Of a DNA stretch of 64,000 bases, positions 39,286 through 54,300 are shown one piece after another. The stretch's first letter is position 1; every line of letters begins with the position of its first letter. The notes beneath the pieces were generated by a model. It was not told the origin of the DNA and did not search any database. It saw nothing but the letters and a program-made list of their open reading frames with translations. Both the position numbers and the translations under genes were made by a program. Source of the DNA: Felis catus (lineage: Eukaryota); assembly GCF_018350175.1 (NCBI RefSeq), contig NC_058368.1, positions 189,784,001 through 189,848,000 on the forward strand, in the 5' to 3' direction.

Positions 39286-40235
39286 GTGAGCAATAGAAAA
39301 ACCTTATAAGCAAATTAAAACAGTAGTTGGAGTTGTCAGTCACCTGAACCAGCTTAGAAGCTTCTCCGCTCTAATTAGAATGTGACTATTGCTGGTTGTG
39401 TGACGAGTGCAGAATCCAAGACGTGGGGCCCTAGAGTATTAATTAGTGAAGACAAGAACTTGCAGAAAAGACTGGCTAATAACAACAGAACCAACACAAC
39501 ATGAGTGTTCGGGTTTATATTAAAATATGCACTGGAGACTGGTCCCCTGTGGTGTCCATAAAGGAATAGCTTTAATCATATGGGAAGAAAAGGTTAGAGC
39601 TCCAAAACACACACATCTGTTTGAAGCTGGGTTTTTTTTTCCTCCCACCAAATAATATTTACTGTGCAAAGGCAGCAGGGCCAGAGTGTGTTTTGAATGT
39701 GAACGAGGATACAGAATAAACCACATTTCATTTTGTAGTGTACCCCAGTTGAAAGCACTTTAAAAATTCAGTTTTTCAGCTACACTAAATCCTGGTAATT
39801 AGTGTTTCCAAACTTGTATTGGGGACACCAAAGCATTTGGGTGCATTGTAGTCATTAAAATGGTAAAGTGGATTTTGTTGTTGTTGTTGTTAAAATACTA
39901 TAGGAAAAGAAAACATTTATGGATATAAGTCTTTATCATATAGTCATCATTAGTAATGCTTTTTAGTAGACTTTTCATTGATCTTGCATGGCACCAATAC
40001 CTGTGGTACTTGTTAATTCATCTTTATTTGCTCTTACAAGCCAGAATTGAACCTCAAGACTTAGAATTTGCTGATGAGAAAATGACAAAATTTAGTAGCA
40101 TTATTTGTCTTTTTTTTTTTATTTTAAATATTAAAGTTGGTTTTTTATATTGAAATTTTCATGTCTGTCTTTTGTGTTAAAGGGCTTGATTGACTGAATT
40201 CTTAAGGTTTTGTTTCTCCCTTACCATCCTCACAG

Positions 40236-40400
40236 ACGAGCATGGCAAGGATCAAGGTATAAATATTCGCCAGAAGGTGAAAGAATTGGTTGAATTTGCC
40301 CAGGATGACGACAGGCTTCGTGAGGAGCGAAAGAAAGCAAAGAAGAACAAAGACAAATATGTTGGGGTTTCCTCAGACAGTGTTGGAGGATTCAGATACA
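40236..40400 (+). CDS. CLINT1: CLINT1 coding exon 5 (DEHGKDQGINIRQKVKELV...SSDSVGGFRY)
   Basis: Acceptor catcctcacag|A; donor ACA|GTGAGT; 165 nt; ENTH C-terminal motifs GKDQGINIR and LREERKKA. Confidence 0.98.
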
Positions 40401-43199
40401 GTGAGTATCAAAGACAGACTGACACCTAAGCATCAGTCTAGCTTCCTGGGTGTATTTTAAGAATCACTGAAATACGAAAGAACAAAGTACCATTTTTTTT
40501 TCTAGAAATAGAATGCTAAAGTATATGAAGTACTCATTTTGGCTCCTATTATATGGGTATTAGGAATCATCTTTTCTGTTTATATGATTTGAACCATTAA
40601 TTGTTAATTAAGTGACTACGAACTTTGAGTTGACAGAGAATAAAACGTATATGCCCTTCCGTCTTGGAATTAATATTTAAAAGAAAAAAAAAGATTTCTC
40701 TACCTCACCATTTAGAACATAAAAATATAAAGTTTGGTAGAGAGCTTCATCTTCCCATTCCGAAACTAAATTAGCTCTATTTTGGGCCAAAAATAGGTAA
40801 GCTTCCTATAAGTTAGTCCTGCCTCAGTCTCTTCCCATAATTAATTTGACGTAGAAAAAAGGTGACCGGTAATACTGTCAGTTTTTCACCTAGACCTATC
40901 ACTTTTTTGTTTCTAACACATTTAAGAACATTGTCGCTCGTGTATTTTTAATGTAATAATATAGTTTCCCTAAAACAGATCATTAGGTACTTGAAACAGG
41001 AACAGAAAATAACTCTCTGTTACAGACATGTCCCTTTGGACTCATTCTGTCTTCTCTAAGCTCTGACCGTCCCCTGGTCATTTTGTGTATACACAGACAG
41101 GCTAGTGTTATGTGTACTTAGCTACATATGGGGGCTCCCCAGTTCCCCCAACCCATATCTGAGGTTGTTTATATTTGGATTATACTGGGATCTCAGAACT
41201 CCTGCATTGGAACCGTGTAAAGATTTTCTATTTCTTACCTTGTGATTATTACAAAATAATATCTTCACCCTTTTGCTTCTTTGCTTCCTTGCTCTCAAAG
41301 AAAAAATATTGTATGTACTTAATTAACTATTAAAGGATGCTTTTAACAGGAAAATTTCTTTCTTTTATGTCTAAGCATCACATAAAAATCAGTTCTTGAA
41401 TTAAGCAAAAATGTTTCTCTTAAACAATGTTAAATATGTTTTGGAGTTTTTATTTGTTTAGGGGAGTAAGAAGTTTTTGGATTATTTGCCTACGTAGTTA
41501 TTTTATTCTTTAGCTTTTTTAAAGTAGCTAGAGCAATTTAATGTGTTTTTGAAAAGAAATTGCTATTTGCAGCTCATTTTCTCATTCCGATTGCTTGTAA
41601 CCCTCTTTTTACCAGCACAATATGTAATTAGATAAATTTAGAAAATTGAATAAGTTCTCAGACTCAGTCACTGTGAACTAATTGCAGCATCTGCATTAGA
41701 GAGTTGAACATCCTGTGTATTTGCATCACATTCTTGTAAAATTAGTTTTAATGTTATATATATTATTCAAAGACTTAACTGACCAACGTTAACTATTTTA
41801 TGTCTTTTCATTCTGACCTTAGATGGTGCCTTGCCAGTAAACCAGTATTTTTGGTATTCATTCAGCAGGATGTCCATCACACTAATCAGTTTAGTTTCGT
41901 CTACTGTACTGTTTACTATAAATTTGTCTTTTCAGAGTCTTATCATGCTTTTATTGAAATGTACATTCACATTATTGGAAAACCACTCATTTTTATAAAG
42001 CCATCTGGTTAAAATTTTGTCATGTTCTCTTTAAGTTGGTGGTCACTTTCAAGTCTAGTAGACATATTTTGAAATCTTCTTACAGAAAATTTTGGCTTTG
42101 TAGTTTTTGCAGGCATTTCTGCAAAATGGTTTTGTTCAATCTCCAAAGGGCTTTTTGCCACCAGAATTTGTTCACCAAAGGTCAACACAAAGGCTCAGGC
42201 ACCTTTTGATTATTTTGTTATTTTTCATTGCACTTTCTCCTTTCTCTCCAGCCTGTCTTAATTTTCATTGTTTTCTTCCTTTTGACTTCATGTGATTTCT
42301 CTGTACCTTCTACTCTTGTCTTTTTAGTTGTGTTTGGGCACAGAAATGGAGAGGTTCTATTTGGTGCTTACAGTTTTTCTCCATGTGTTAGGTCCCTATG
42401 GTCAAGGACTAAAACAAATCTTGACATTTTGGGGTCTTTGTTTACTGCCATGATCTATTCTTTTTATTCTCAAATTCACACAGAGTCTCCCCAGGTTTTG
42501 CCAGTCCCAGCATATGTTTGGACTTGGTGTTTGAATAGATCATCGCTGTTCTGAACTGCATGAGCATATTTCATGATTCTTGTCTGTGTACTTTCAGATA
42601 GTTAGAATATCCTTTTCTCTTTACAGTAATTAAAAGATGCTTTCATATGCTATGAAATCCATTGAGTTATTTTTCTAGTATGACATTAAAGATCGACAGT
42701 TATTTTCAGCATATTTACAGCATATGGGACATGTAGCATTCAGAGTGGTGTCTCTTAGAGTTGGTATTTTTCAAGAGACTATTGCTGTTCAATACTTTTT
42801 CTGATAATTGAAGAACCATTAAGAGACAGGAATGAAATATAATGTCTTATGTGACTTTTGTAAAAACAAAAAGATTTCCATTTCTCTTTGGCTTATATAG
42901 CCTGTGTTGGTTTTTGTGTTTTCCTCTACTCTTTTAAGAACTTCCTGATGTGCTGTGTTGTGCATTAAGGTTGTGTAAGTTTTCATAAACAAAAGCTTTT
43001 GAATCTGCATTCCTGCCACTTAATGACTGGCACTACATGCTGTGCCTTGCTGTAATTGTGTTGATTCAGCACTGTGGGAGCTTTCTGTTTTCCTTTGAAA
43101 ACTATTTTATTATGAGGAAAAGCTTCAGAAATAAGGACTATAGACACCTTTTGAATTTAATGCCCTTAGAGTTGCCTTTCCTTTTAATGCTTTATATAG

Positions 43200-43377
43200 G
43201 TGAAAGATATGATCCTGAACCCAAATCAAAATGGGATGAAGAGTGGGATAAAAACAAGAGTGCTTTTCCATTCAGTGATAAATTAGGTGAACTGAGTGAT
43301 AAAATTGGAAGCACAATTGATGACACCATCAGCAAGTTCCGGAGGAAAGATAGAGAAGACTCTCCAGAAAGATGCAG
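43200..43377 (+). CDS. CLINT1: CLINT1 coding exon 6 (ERYDPEPKSKWDEEWDK...DREDSPERC)
   Basis: Acceptor gctttatatag|G; donor CAG|GTAGTA; 178 nt; in phase with both neighbours. Confidence 0.96.
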
Positions 43378-43489
43378 GTAGTAACACTTTGTCTCCTGGG
43401 TCTCTTGGAAAGGGTGCTAAATTTATGTAGCTGGGTTTTTGTTTATCTGAAGTTTAGTTGTTGTTGTTGTTGTTGTTGTTTCTCTTAAA

Positions 43490-43795
43490 AGATTTTAGTT
43501 TTTAGAGCAGTTTTAGGTTCACAGAAAAATTGTACACAAAGTAACAGGGTTGCCATGTTAACCTCCCATGTTGCACACGCTCATGCACACACACAATTTC
43601 TCTTGTTATTAACATCTTGTATTAGTGTGGTACATTTATCATAACAGTTGAAAACCAATATTGATATACTGTTAATAACTAAAATCTATTGTTTGCATTA
43701 GGCTTCATTGTGGTGTGTAGTTCAGAAATGCATTATATCCGCCGTTATTGAACCGTACAGGCCTAGTTTCACTGCCCTAAAAATGCCCTGTGTAG
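43490..43795 (-). mobile_element. Old L1 3' end fragment
   Basis: ttttagagcagttttaggttcacagaaaaattg...tagtttcactgccctaaaaat. Confidence 0.75.
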
Positions 43796-45166
43796 AAACA
43801 CGGAATGATTCGTGAATTTGCATGCCATTCCTGCATCGGGACCATGATAATCTTCTCTGCATTGTTTCAGTTTTACATTTGCTGCTGATGTGAGCACTGT
43901 GCAACTATTTTTCAGATGCTAGGTCAAACATTGTTTGTAATTAGTATCAATACACTGTATTGTTGTCTGTGTCCATTTATTTCTAAAGTTGATCACATTT
44001 TCTGTATGTTTTTCTTCAGGCTATTTATTGAAATTTTTTTTCCCCAGTGAGAGCTTTCACAGCTTATTTTGCATTTGGGCATCAGATGACCCAGCCATCT
44101 AAGTTATTGCTGAGGGATAGTGAAGCATATTAAGTTTAAACAAAAGTTCAAGTGTTTGAAATATAACTCTGTGACATTTTATTAGGACTCCATGCCAGTG
44201 TATACAGGAAAAAAAATCTAAATGATTTTTTAAGCTAAAATGTTTTCGAGTCAGATCTGTATTAGGGTATTTGTATTTAGTTTTATGTAGAACAATATTT
44301 GGAACTTTTCAACATTCACTTTTTGTTTTTTGTTTTTGAGGGAAATGAGGGCTCCATTTCACTATATAAAAGTGAAAAAGGTAATATATATAGCATTTCA
44401 TTTGTAAAGCAATTTTTACTAGTTCTTTGTCATTTGTGCCTTACAGTATTTCTGTTAGATAGGCTAGATCAAGAACTTTACCTTTATTTTTTAGAAGTAA
44501 AACCTGAAGCCTAATCAGACTATGGAACTTGCCTTAAGTAAGTTTGTGATGGAACTGTTTGTTCAAGTGATTACCTGTAACTAAATACCATCTTTTTTTT
44601 CCCTTAAAAAAAAAAAAAATCTTACCAGTTCAGATTTAGGGGTCATTAAAAAGAAGTAAGTATAAAAGCATAATTTTGAAACAGTTTTGAAATACGTAGT
44701 GTCTTTGGTATGTTTATATATTAAATCTCTGAAATGCCTGTCTTTTTCAAGACTGTTTCTGGAATATGATCTTTGAAGAGCCAGAATTTACTTTTAGTAC
44801 TTTAAGTATATCCATTTTACAACTACATTTCTGGCTCTGTTATACTGAAGAGTATGCATATAATAATAAATACTAAACTTGGAAAGCTGTGTCTATTTAA
44901 GTATTCTGTGGATATTCTACTTTTTTCTCTCATTAGTGTTCTTGTGGCCTCTGTGTTTACATTTTTAGCTTGGTTTAGAAAACATAGTGGCCATATATTC
45001 AGTTGCTATTTCCTAAAGAGATGTGGTGATCAGGTAGGTAGGCTGGTTAGAGATCTGACTGTGCATTCTTATGTTGTTACTTTCTCTCCTTTGCCCTTCT
45101 GTCCTCAGTTTTTCTTTCTTTGCTTTGTCTTTCTTTTTTTTTTTTTTCTTTCTTCTCCCTTGATTT

Positions 45167-45203
<37 letters not shown>

Positions 45204-46775
45204 TGTTGCCTCTAAGACAAGATCTTCTAGAGTCCCTAAATCTTTCATATAGAGTATTTGGGTTTAAAAGAGTAAAAATAGAGTGTGTATTATTTATCAT
45301 AGTAACTGAGGAGCACACCAGGGACTTTACATCTTTGAGTATTTGTGAGGGAAGAGTAGATTTTGAGACAAAGTTGCATGTGACCTCTCTGGCATGTTAC
45401 CAGAATGTCAGACTTACTAGTTCATTATTAAATTCAGGAATTCATGAACATTGATCAGATATTAAGTTTCCATTTCATTGGGTACTAGTCAGTTTTATAT
45501 TTTTAACATATACCTTCCACTGAAATCAAATTGGACATCAAAAAGGTAAGAAATTTTAGTGGCAATCTGTAGGTCATTTGTTGCTGCGAGAAATTGGTAA
45601 GGGACAGGAGCTTTTGAACACTTAATCAGAACTTGTAGATTCCTGAAAATGCTTATAGATAAAAATACAGTTAACGTTTGTACTCTGTGGGAAGCTGTTC
45701 TTGATCCTTGATTTATACAGGTTCCAAATTGGTTTATATTTAAGTAGTAATTGCTTTAGATTTGTGTGGGTTAAATTAGTATAGTTTTAAGGAGAATTTT
45801 AAGTGTTTCATTTCAGAATATTCATAAATTAAACCATCTACTCCAAAATTAAGTAATGTAGATAATGGAACGTATTTTAGGTAATTCCTCTGTCCTGCTT
45901 GCACTAGGAAAAAAAAAACCAATTGCTTTATTACTGAAGAACAGATTAATGCTGATGTTTGTAATTCATGGCATATGAAAATACCCCGTTTTTTTTCTTA
46001 TTGTGTATGTTTTTCTTTTGCCCTATTAAGATAAAAAAAATCATTTTGAATATGCCTAAAAAGGAATTATTTCAAAGCATTTTAAATATACTTTTTTCCT
46101 CTAAAGCAGTTTTCATAGTTATGTAAAAGTTTGTTTCCTCATGCTATAGTAAAATAGAGCACTGTTGTACTGTGCAATACCTCCTTTTTTTTTTTTTTTT
46201 TTTTTACATTTACAGATGAGAATTTAATCATTTGAATATAGTCAGGATAGTGATTGAAAAGGTATCCATTGGAATTGTAATAATTTATTATGTATTTGTA
46301 TTAGTATATAAGAGTCAGTGACAGAATTGTTATTTAAGTGGGACTGTAGTTTGCACACAATCCATTTCAAGAAAGTGGTTGTCAAATGCAGATGTTTAAG
46401 CTCGCAGTCTCATCAGTTGATTCTGATATGGTAATAATCCTGCCATTTTATTTTTTAATTAAACTTTAAACCTATAATGCATAAACATTTGAATAATTTC
46501 AGGCTTTTTTTATTTGTACACATTTATGTAAATATGTTTTTTAGCAGTGTTTTAGACTTACCTAGGGAATTGAGTGGGTTCCCATTTCCCCTCCCCAACA
46601 CATATATAACATTATTCAGATAGCTTAGATAATATTCTATTGATCTCTGTCAAATAGTCAAAGTATGGAATTTTGGAGTTACTGTATTTGAAATTCTTTA
46701 GCTCAAATCACTGAGGGCTCCATTTTAAAATAATCCCTCATCTTATTATTTTGCTTCATTTTTAATATCTTTTAG

Positions 46776-47022
46776 CGACAGTGATGAGGAAAAGAAAGCA
46801 AGAAGAGGCAGATCTCCCAAAGGTGAATTCAAAGATGAAGAGGAGACTGTGACGACAAAGCATATCCATATCACACAGGCCACAGAGACCACCACAACCA
46901 GACACAAGCGCACAGCAAATCCTTCTAAAACCATTGATCTTGGAGCAGCAGCACATTACACAGGGGACAAAGCAAGTCCAGATCAGAATACTTCAACTCA
47001 TACACCTCAGTCTTCACTGAAG
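46776..47022 (+). CDS. CLINT1: CLINT1 coding exon 7 (DSDEEKKARRGRSPKGEFKDEEE...THTPQSSLK)
   Basis: Acceptor atatcttttag|C; donor AAG|GTGGGA; 247 nt; contains KTIDLGAAAHY. Confidence 0.96.
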
Positions 47023-47999
47023 GTGGGAATGGCATGAGCTTACACATTAAACACAGTTTTATTCTTACGAATTACTTTTAGAATTACTGAGTTAGTAGGG
47101 TTGGGCGTTTGTAGGCAGTCATATTAATTATAGATCATTTGGCCTGTATTACTCAGAGTCATTAATAAAAAGAAACCTCTTTGGGGAAAAAAACCTGTCC
47201 AATTGCTGAATGATTGTGCACTTTCTGTGAAAGTAGAAATGACACTTTTGGTTCATTTGGAAAGGGTGGTGAATCAGAATGTAGCGCATTTGTTCCTTTC
47301 TAAGAACATCACTGGTTGCCAAACACAGTAAGATTCACTAAAGAAAATGGGAGTATTATAGAAGATGTAAGAAATGACAAAAGAGGACCAAGTAGATATA
47401 CAGAGGAGACAGTCCCATTTAATACAGAGTCATTGCCTATAAAGAGAGGCTTATTTGCCTGGTGGTCACTACTGATCAGTGGCAGCACTGCCTTCTTCTA
47501 CCTTCTTCATTTATTTTTTATTCACCCACAGAAAATGAAATCTACTTAGTAGATACCTGGCCACAAGCTAGTGTTTTGTCTGTCTCCCCCCAACTAGTGT
47601 TTACCTGGCTTTGCATCAGAAGCAGCTAAAAACTAGGGAAGACGTTTTTCTAATGTATCCTGCAAATTGTAGTTAACTCAACTTTTGCCAAATATCTTCT
47701 TTGTATAATTTCACCCATCTTTTTAGTTTTGATGAAAATCTCAGAATTAGAACTCAAAACTTTAGTTGTAGTTAAAAAGAGGAAATGGCTCTTTTAGTGT
47801 TTTGTGGTCCTTTCCCCTGCTGTGGAGACAGTTTGCTTACTCATGGCCATATTCAGGATGTGGTAGATCGTTATAATTAAAACCTGATACATAATGGCTG
47901 TTATAAGGAAAATTCATGTAAGCCTACATGGGGAAAATCATCCAAACTGTATAACTTTTTTAATGATAAATTAAGACTTTTGTATCTTAAAGGATTTTA

Positions 48000-48228
48000 T
48001 TTTTTTTTATTATTTTTTTTTAATGTTTTTTATTTATTTTTGGGACAGAGAGAGACAGAGCATGAACGGGGGAGGGGCAGAGAGAGAAAGGGAGACACAG
48101 AATCGGAAACAGGCTCCAGGCTCCGAGCCATCAGCCCAGAGCCTGACGCGGGGCTCGAACTCACGGACCGTGAGATCGTGACCTGGCTGAAGTCAGACGC
48201 TTAACCGACTGCGCCACCCAGGCGCCCC
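48000..48228 (-). mobile_element. Young CanSINE
   Basis: Perfect TSD TCTTAAAGGATTTTA (47985-47999 / 48229-48243); CpGs retained. Confidence 0.97.
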
Positions 48229-49202
48229 TCTTAAAGGATTTTAAATATCAGTTTGTAGTATAGACTAAATACATGTCACTCTGCCATAAATATTTTATAC
48301 TTATAGTGTAAGCTTTATGATTTTTTTTTAATACAAAAAAAAACATCAAGGAGGCCAGAGTTTTTGGAAAGTTATTCAATTGCTTGGATCTCTTTTAATC
48401 TCAAAACCCTTTTGAACCAGCATATAGTACTTCAGGGCTCAAATTAACATACCTAGAAACTTACAGTGTTTCCCTATTGCCTGGCGTTTCTGTTCTAATT
48501 TGGCATATACATATTGAACACACAGGACATACACATCAAGGTGCTTAGGACTATAGGGAAGAGGAAAAATAGTATTATAAACTCCAGCCCCACATTTTAG
48601 TTTGGGAGCTAAATGTGAAGCAATTAGATGTGAAGGTATATTAAACAACATAGAATGACTTGTGTGGTATACAAACAGTAATCAAAGAATCATCGAATCT
48701 AAAATCATAGAATTTTAAAGCTGGATAGGATCTTGGTCTCTAATCTAGTGGATCTCAGACCTTCTTATGCCTTAGAATTCTCAAGCGAGCTTTGTCAGAC
48801 TTGAATAGGCCAAGATCCCACCCTGGGCAGTTATGACTCAGTATGTTCTGATGGGCTGGGGCATAAGTATTTTCTAATGCTTCTTAAATGATTCTGATAC
48901 ATAGCATTAAGATTTCAGTGGGATCTGGAAGGTATATTTTCCATAGTGAAATGCAGTTAAGAAAAGAAGTGAGTTTGGGAAAACAGTGTAGAGGTTAGGG
49001 ATTTTACGTTGCTGTGGATAGAATTACTTAAAAATAAATATCTCTCCATAAGGTTTCAAGGTCACATCTCTTTCTTCAGAAATCTAAATGTACCTTTATT
49101 AAGATATTACAGGTATTACAGAATTAGAGATGAATAGAGCAGATTTAGGATAAATAGTATAAATTATTTTCTGAACTTAGTAAGTTCTGTTTGTGTTTTC
49201 AG

Positions 49203-49272
49203 ACTTCAGTGCCTAGCAGTAAGTCATCTGGTGACCTTGTTGATCTGTTTGATGGCACCAGCCAGTCAACAG
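49203..49272 (+). CDS. CLINT1: CLINT1 coding exon 8 (TSVPSSKSSGDLVDLFDGTSQST)
   Basis: Acceptor ttgtgttttcag|A; donor CAG|GTAAGC; 70 nt; clathrin-box-like LVDLF. Confidence 0.96.
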
Positions 49273-51106
49273 GTAAGCTTCCACATTGGCTTCTTTCTTC
49301 TTAGTAGTCTCGATTTCAGAATAATTTTTCAAAATGCCATATAAATGATAGAATGAAAAATAAAATTCTTTGCATTGGATTTATTTTTAATGTGAGATTA
49401 GTGAGCTTTGAGCATTGTTTGGGGGAAAATTGTTTATTGCCTACAATAGAGAAGTGTGCTTAAATATTTGACCAATAATTCAGTAATATCTGTCTCCTTA
49501 ATTTCTTAGTGCTGAGTATTTGGGGTCCTTTGCTTTCTCTATAAGCAAAATGTACTGTGCTCTGCCCATTTTACTCTTTCCTTAAATCTTAATTCTGGCT
49601 CTCAACATCAGCTATGGTAGTTCATTTCAACTTTCGTTCAGTTATGCAATAAGTATTTATTGAACCAGACACTGGTCTCAGCGCTTGAGGTATAATGTTT
49701 AGTGAAACAAAGTTCTTGCCCTCGTGGGAAGGTGAGGTGGAGGAAGTAATCATTAATCAAAGAGTCACACATAGTTATCTAGTGATAAACATGCTGAGAG
49801 CTTTGGAGGAAAGGGGCATTCTATGAAAGTAGGTAACTACCTACCTGACATTTTAAGGGGGCTGTAGCAAAAGAATACTTTCTTTACCAAGATTTTCTTA
49901 TAGTTGGGATTAGTGATTTCTTCAATTAGATTTTCAGTAAATGCCAGATTTTGAGTTATTCCCTACATATTGTTTTCAAGAAAGTTGATATTTTAGGTTG
50001 CATTTAATGATTATGTAGTTCTAACAAAGTCCTATGCTGCAAGTCAAAACAGCTTAAGAAATACAACTTTTGTTCAAAGACCATCTTTCCCAATCTGTTT
50101 AAAGTTTATTTCACATTAAAACATAAATGGCAAGATTGGTGTATAAGCAATGCAAAGTAAATCTATTGTTCCTTGATATGTGTAGTGATTTTTCAAAAAT
50201 GAATTGTTTTGAAATTTACATTAGTGTTTGAGTGGAGGTCTGTGATGGAAATTACTTTTCATTGATAGTTAAAGACATGTAATTAATAGAAAATCTTCTG
50301 TTATTATCTTCTCCTTGTTCATTATTGTAAAATTCTTGGACTCAGAGTGAACTTCATGGGGCATCTGGTTCAACCAAGTTTCTGAGCTTCTTCAGTTCCT
50401 ATTCCCTTTTTTCTATAACTCTAACTCTTTCTAAAATTATACTGTAAACTCTATTGAACTGTCATGCCAAAGGTTACAAACAACTACATCAGTGGTTTAA
50501 CAATTTATGTGCTATCTTTCTGTATGTTTAAAATTTTAACTGTAGTATTAACTGTTAGTTAGCATGTGGTCATATAATTCAGACATAGTGTCACAGAATA
50601 TCAACTATTTTGGACTCCCTGGCATGAAATATTAAGGACCCCTTTTCATGCATTTGTGGAAAGTTTTAATGGAGCAATCAGAGAAAAATTAACTAGGAAG
50701 GTCAGATAAGTGATGTAACTTTTTTCCTCCGTGATACCAAGATTGCTTTGAACAGAGAGAATTATTAAATACCAACATGCTTCCTTTGCTTGGCAAGAAA
50801 CTGTTGAGTGGTTTTTCTTCTCCAGTGGAAACAGTAGGTTGACTAATTAAATAGAAGTAGCGATTAATATTAATACAATAATTGAGACAAAACTTGAATG
50901 AAATCTGGAAGGCTTCTTGCCTTAAATGTTTGTTTTATCATAGCATTCTCTAAAAACAAGCTGAATGTAGGTTGACATCAGAATTATTTTTTTAAAGTTA
51001 TTTGAAATAGTATGTTTAACCAGTTTGTGTAGACCCCCCCCCCCAAATCAGCACATAAATTTTGTTACTCCAAATCTCTATTTAAATACTTTAGTAATAT
51101 ATTTTA

Positions 51107-51335
51107 TTTTTGTTTTGTTTTTAAGTTTATTTATTTTGAGAGAGAGAGCTTGCATATGCGCGTGTGCAGGTGGGGGAGGGGCAGGGAGAGAGGGAGAAAG
51201 AGAATCCCAAGTAGGCTCTGCACCATCAGCACAGGGCCTGATGCAGGGCTCAATCTCATGAACCATGAGATCATGACCTGAGCCCTATATCAAAAATTGG
51301 ACACTGAGCCACCTACTTAACCACCCAAGTGCCCC
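51107..51335 (-). mobile_element. CanSINE (older type)
   Basis: TSD TTTAGTAATATATTTTA (51090-51106 / 51336-51352). Confidence 0.94.
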
Positions 51336-54300
51336 TTTAGTAATATATTTTAAATTGAATTCAGCAGTGGAAAAAATATTGGATATTAAATCTTTAGTAC
51401 CTGCACACGAAAAAGTCTAAGAATCAACCATATTAGCATTGCTATTCGGCATGCCATTTGGGTGTCGTTTACCAGATGTGCCTGTACTTACGATATTACT
51501 ATCATGCAAGTAATATGGGCATGAACTGTAAACCTAAGCAGATATGGCGGCATCTGTACCTCTCACCAGATAAATACCTCCTTTGAGAATATGCTCAGGT
51601 TTTCTTTTTTTATGTGTTACTACATCCTTTTTGTTAACATCTTCAAAAGCATGTGTGGTAAAATGATTGTAGAATATCTACCAAGTTTTAAAATACACAT
51701 GTGAAACCCATTCGCCAAGATTTATTTGAGACTGTCTTGATACATATCCCACTATGGTGATGTTCTTATAAAATCTGCACTGAAAGGATATTTTGGTGAC
51801 TTTTACATATAGTACATTTCTAAGTAAACATTTTTAAAAATGAATAATTCAAAGTATTTAGAAAATAAACCAACTAGAATGCCAAAAACATCCCATTTCA
51901 TTTTTTAGTATATCTCATCTCTTTAAAAGTCTGCATCGTCTCCTTTGTTCCTTTCTAATTAAGGAATTTAAGTCTTGATTAACGTACTATTCTGTAAGTT
52001 AATAAATAAGGTTGAAGAGAAAATACACCATACTCAGTGCAAATAGAAAGACATTACCTGACTTGCAGTATGTTTTGAATTCTTTTTTTTTTAGTTTTAA
52101 AGTTTTTTTAAAGATTGAAGTATGTCAGATTTAAAATTTTTATTACATTTGTATTTGAACCTGTTGCCTTGTACCTAGTAATCACAAAAATTAGTTGAGG
52201 ATATTCACTTGAATATGAACCATGTTGTTATATATTCAGTACACCAATTTATGTATTAGAATTTCCATGGGAGTTATCTGTAGTTTAAGCCAAGCTTACT
52301 AAATATAAAAAGGTTTAACATTCTCTTCCCTAATTGAAAGTAATGCATGCTCATTTTAGAAATTTGATAGAAAACAAGTGATTCGCCATGACTTGGATAC
52401 ATAAACTGTTAATAATTTGGGTGAATACTCTTTTTTTAAATATACTTTCTATGTATTCAGTCAATATATTTGTTTAAACGTTTATTATGTGGCAAAATGT
52501 TTTCAGGCTTTTGGATAACGTTTTTTTTTGTTGTTGTTTTTCTTTTTCCCCTGTGAACTGCTTTTCACCTGAAATCTCATGACTGTTTCCCTATGATCGT
52601 TGGTATTCCTTTACAGATTTTTAACTGCCTTATATCTTAATCCTGTATAGATATACTGTAATTTATTTAACCAATCAGTTTCTTATTTGGGGAGTGTTAG
52701 GTTTTGGGGGGGTTTTGTCCAAATTTTTCTCTATTATAGTAGTGGAATCATATCTTTCAGAACCATCCAGTTTGGTAAGGAGAAAATAACATTTCATTTA
52801 ATTTTGCATTTGTTTGGTGAGTTTGAAAACTTCCCATGTTTTTATAGACCAGTTGTAACCTGTGTATTCATATTCCTTTGTCCGTGTCTTTGAGTGGGAG
52901 TATTTATCCTTATTGTTTTATATTTAAACTTCTTACGTATATGTATTAATCTTTGTCATAGATTTATAATTTTTTGCATTTTGTCATTTTAATTTTGTAC
53001 TTAACTAGAATTCTTCTTGCAGAAGTTTGTTTTTTATATTGTAATCTGGATTAAGTTCTTTGTTGAAGAAAATTTCCATTTGTAGCTTAAGCACTGTCTA
53101 GTTCAGCTATATTTTTCCTGTTCACAGTATTGCTTTGGAAAATACATGTTCCCAGCTGGTGATTGTAAATAACCTCCTTGCTGTCCTGAAAAGGCAGATG
53201 GAAATGGTTCATTTATAATGACAGCTCTCATGTGGGAATCTTGAAGAATAGCTCTTGTTGTGAAATTTAGCAGTCTTCCACATGCAGCAGTTTTTGGTGC
53301 ACTCTTTTATTTAAATTCCCTTAGATAGAAATTATCTGGGAAAATGGTTCAGTATAGAAAATTTGTGTTGAATTTAAGATATTGATATGAATAACATCAT
53401 ACATCTAGGTAGGGACAGTCCTCCCTAGAGAGAGAAACTTTTCCTAAAAGAAATAAAGAGATTTTGAATTGTTGAGATAGTTTTCAGAGTTGAAGGTCAC
53501 ATTGTGTAAAACCTATGTAGAACCATAATTTGTGGCACTTCAAAAGATTAGAGAAAATTTTAAGCCCTTTTCAAGAAAAGGTGACTTCCTTTTGTAAAAT
53601 ATTTATGTGTGTTTCCATTCTTTACTTGCAGTGTTTGTAAATTGGTTATGTTGAAATCAGACTCCCTATACTATGAAGAGGTAGAATATTTGCTATAGAT
53701 AAGTTATAAGTACAGTATAATTTCAGTTTAGATGTTAGAATGTAGGACAGTGGAATAACCAAAGTAGGTAAGTATCTGAAATATCAAATTAGGATATGAC
53801 AAAAATAAAACATCTTACCCAGTCTGAAGTTAGGATCCTGTAGTATTCAGATGCCTTTTTCTGCATCATGCATTTTCTTTGTAGCCCAGACTGGAAAAGA
53901 TTTGAAAATCCCTAGCTGTTTTACCATAATAAATTACATATTGATGTTTATTCACTGTCAGATGAAGCAAATTAAAATAATCTCCAATTTTCAAATCCCT
54001 TAATGTTACCATAAATGATTAACTGCCATTCTGTTACCTAACAGTATACTTTGATCAATATTTTTAACATGAAGGAACAATACAGAAGACAAATTTATGA
54101 ATATAAAGCAGCAGCCGTTTGCAACATTCATTTCCCTGCTAGCTTTTATTAATATATGTCCTTGTTTATATAGTTTAAAAATATAGCTCATGGATTTTTT
54201 ATGCCCCTCCCCTCATTTTATCATGATGTATGTATCTTCAAAGAAGAGAAAAACAAATCACTGTATTATTATCCTTTGGATAAAGCAAAAGTAGCTAGGT

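Noticed and set aside
41780..42620. Stretch with several short ORFs in intron 5
   Set aside because: No recognisable protein; probably a decayed repeat that I cannot assign.
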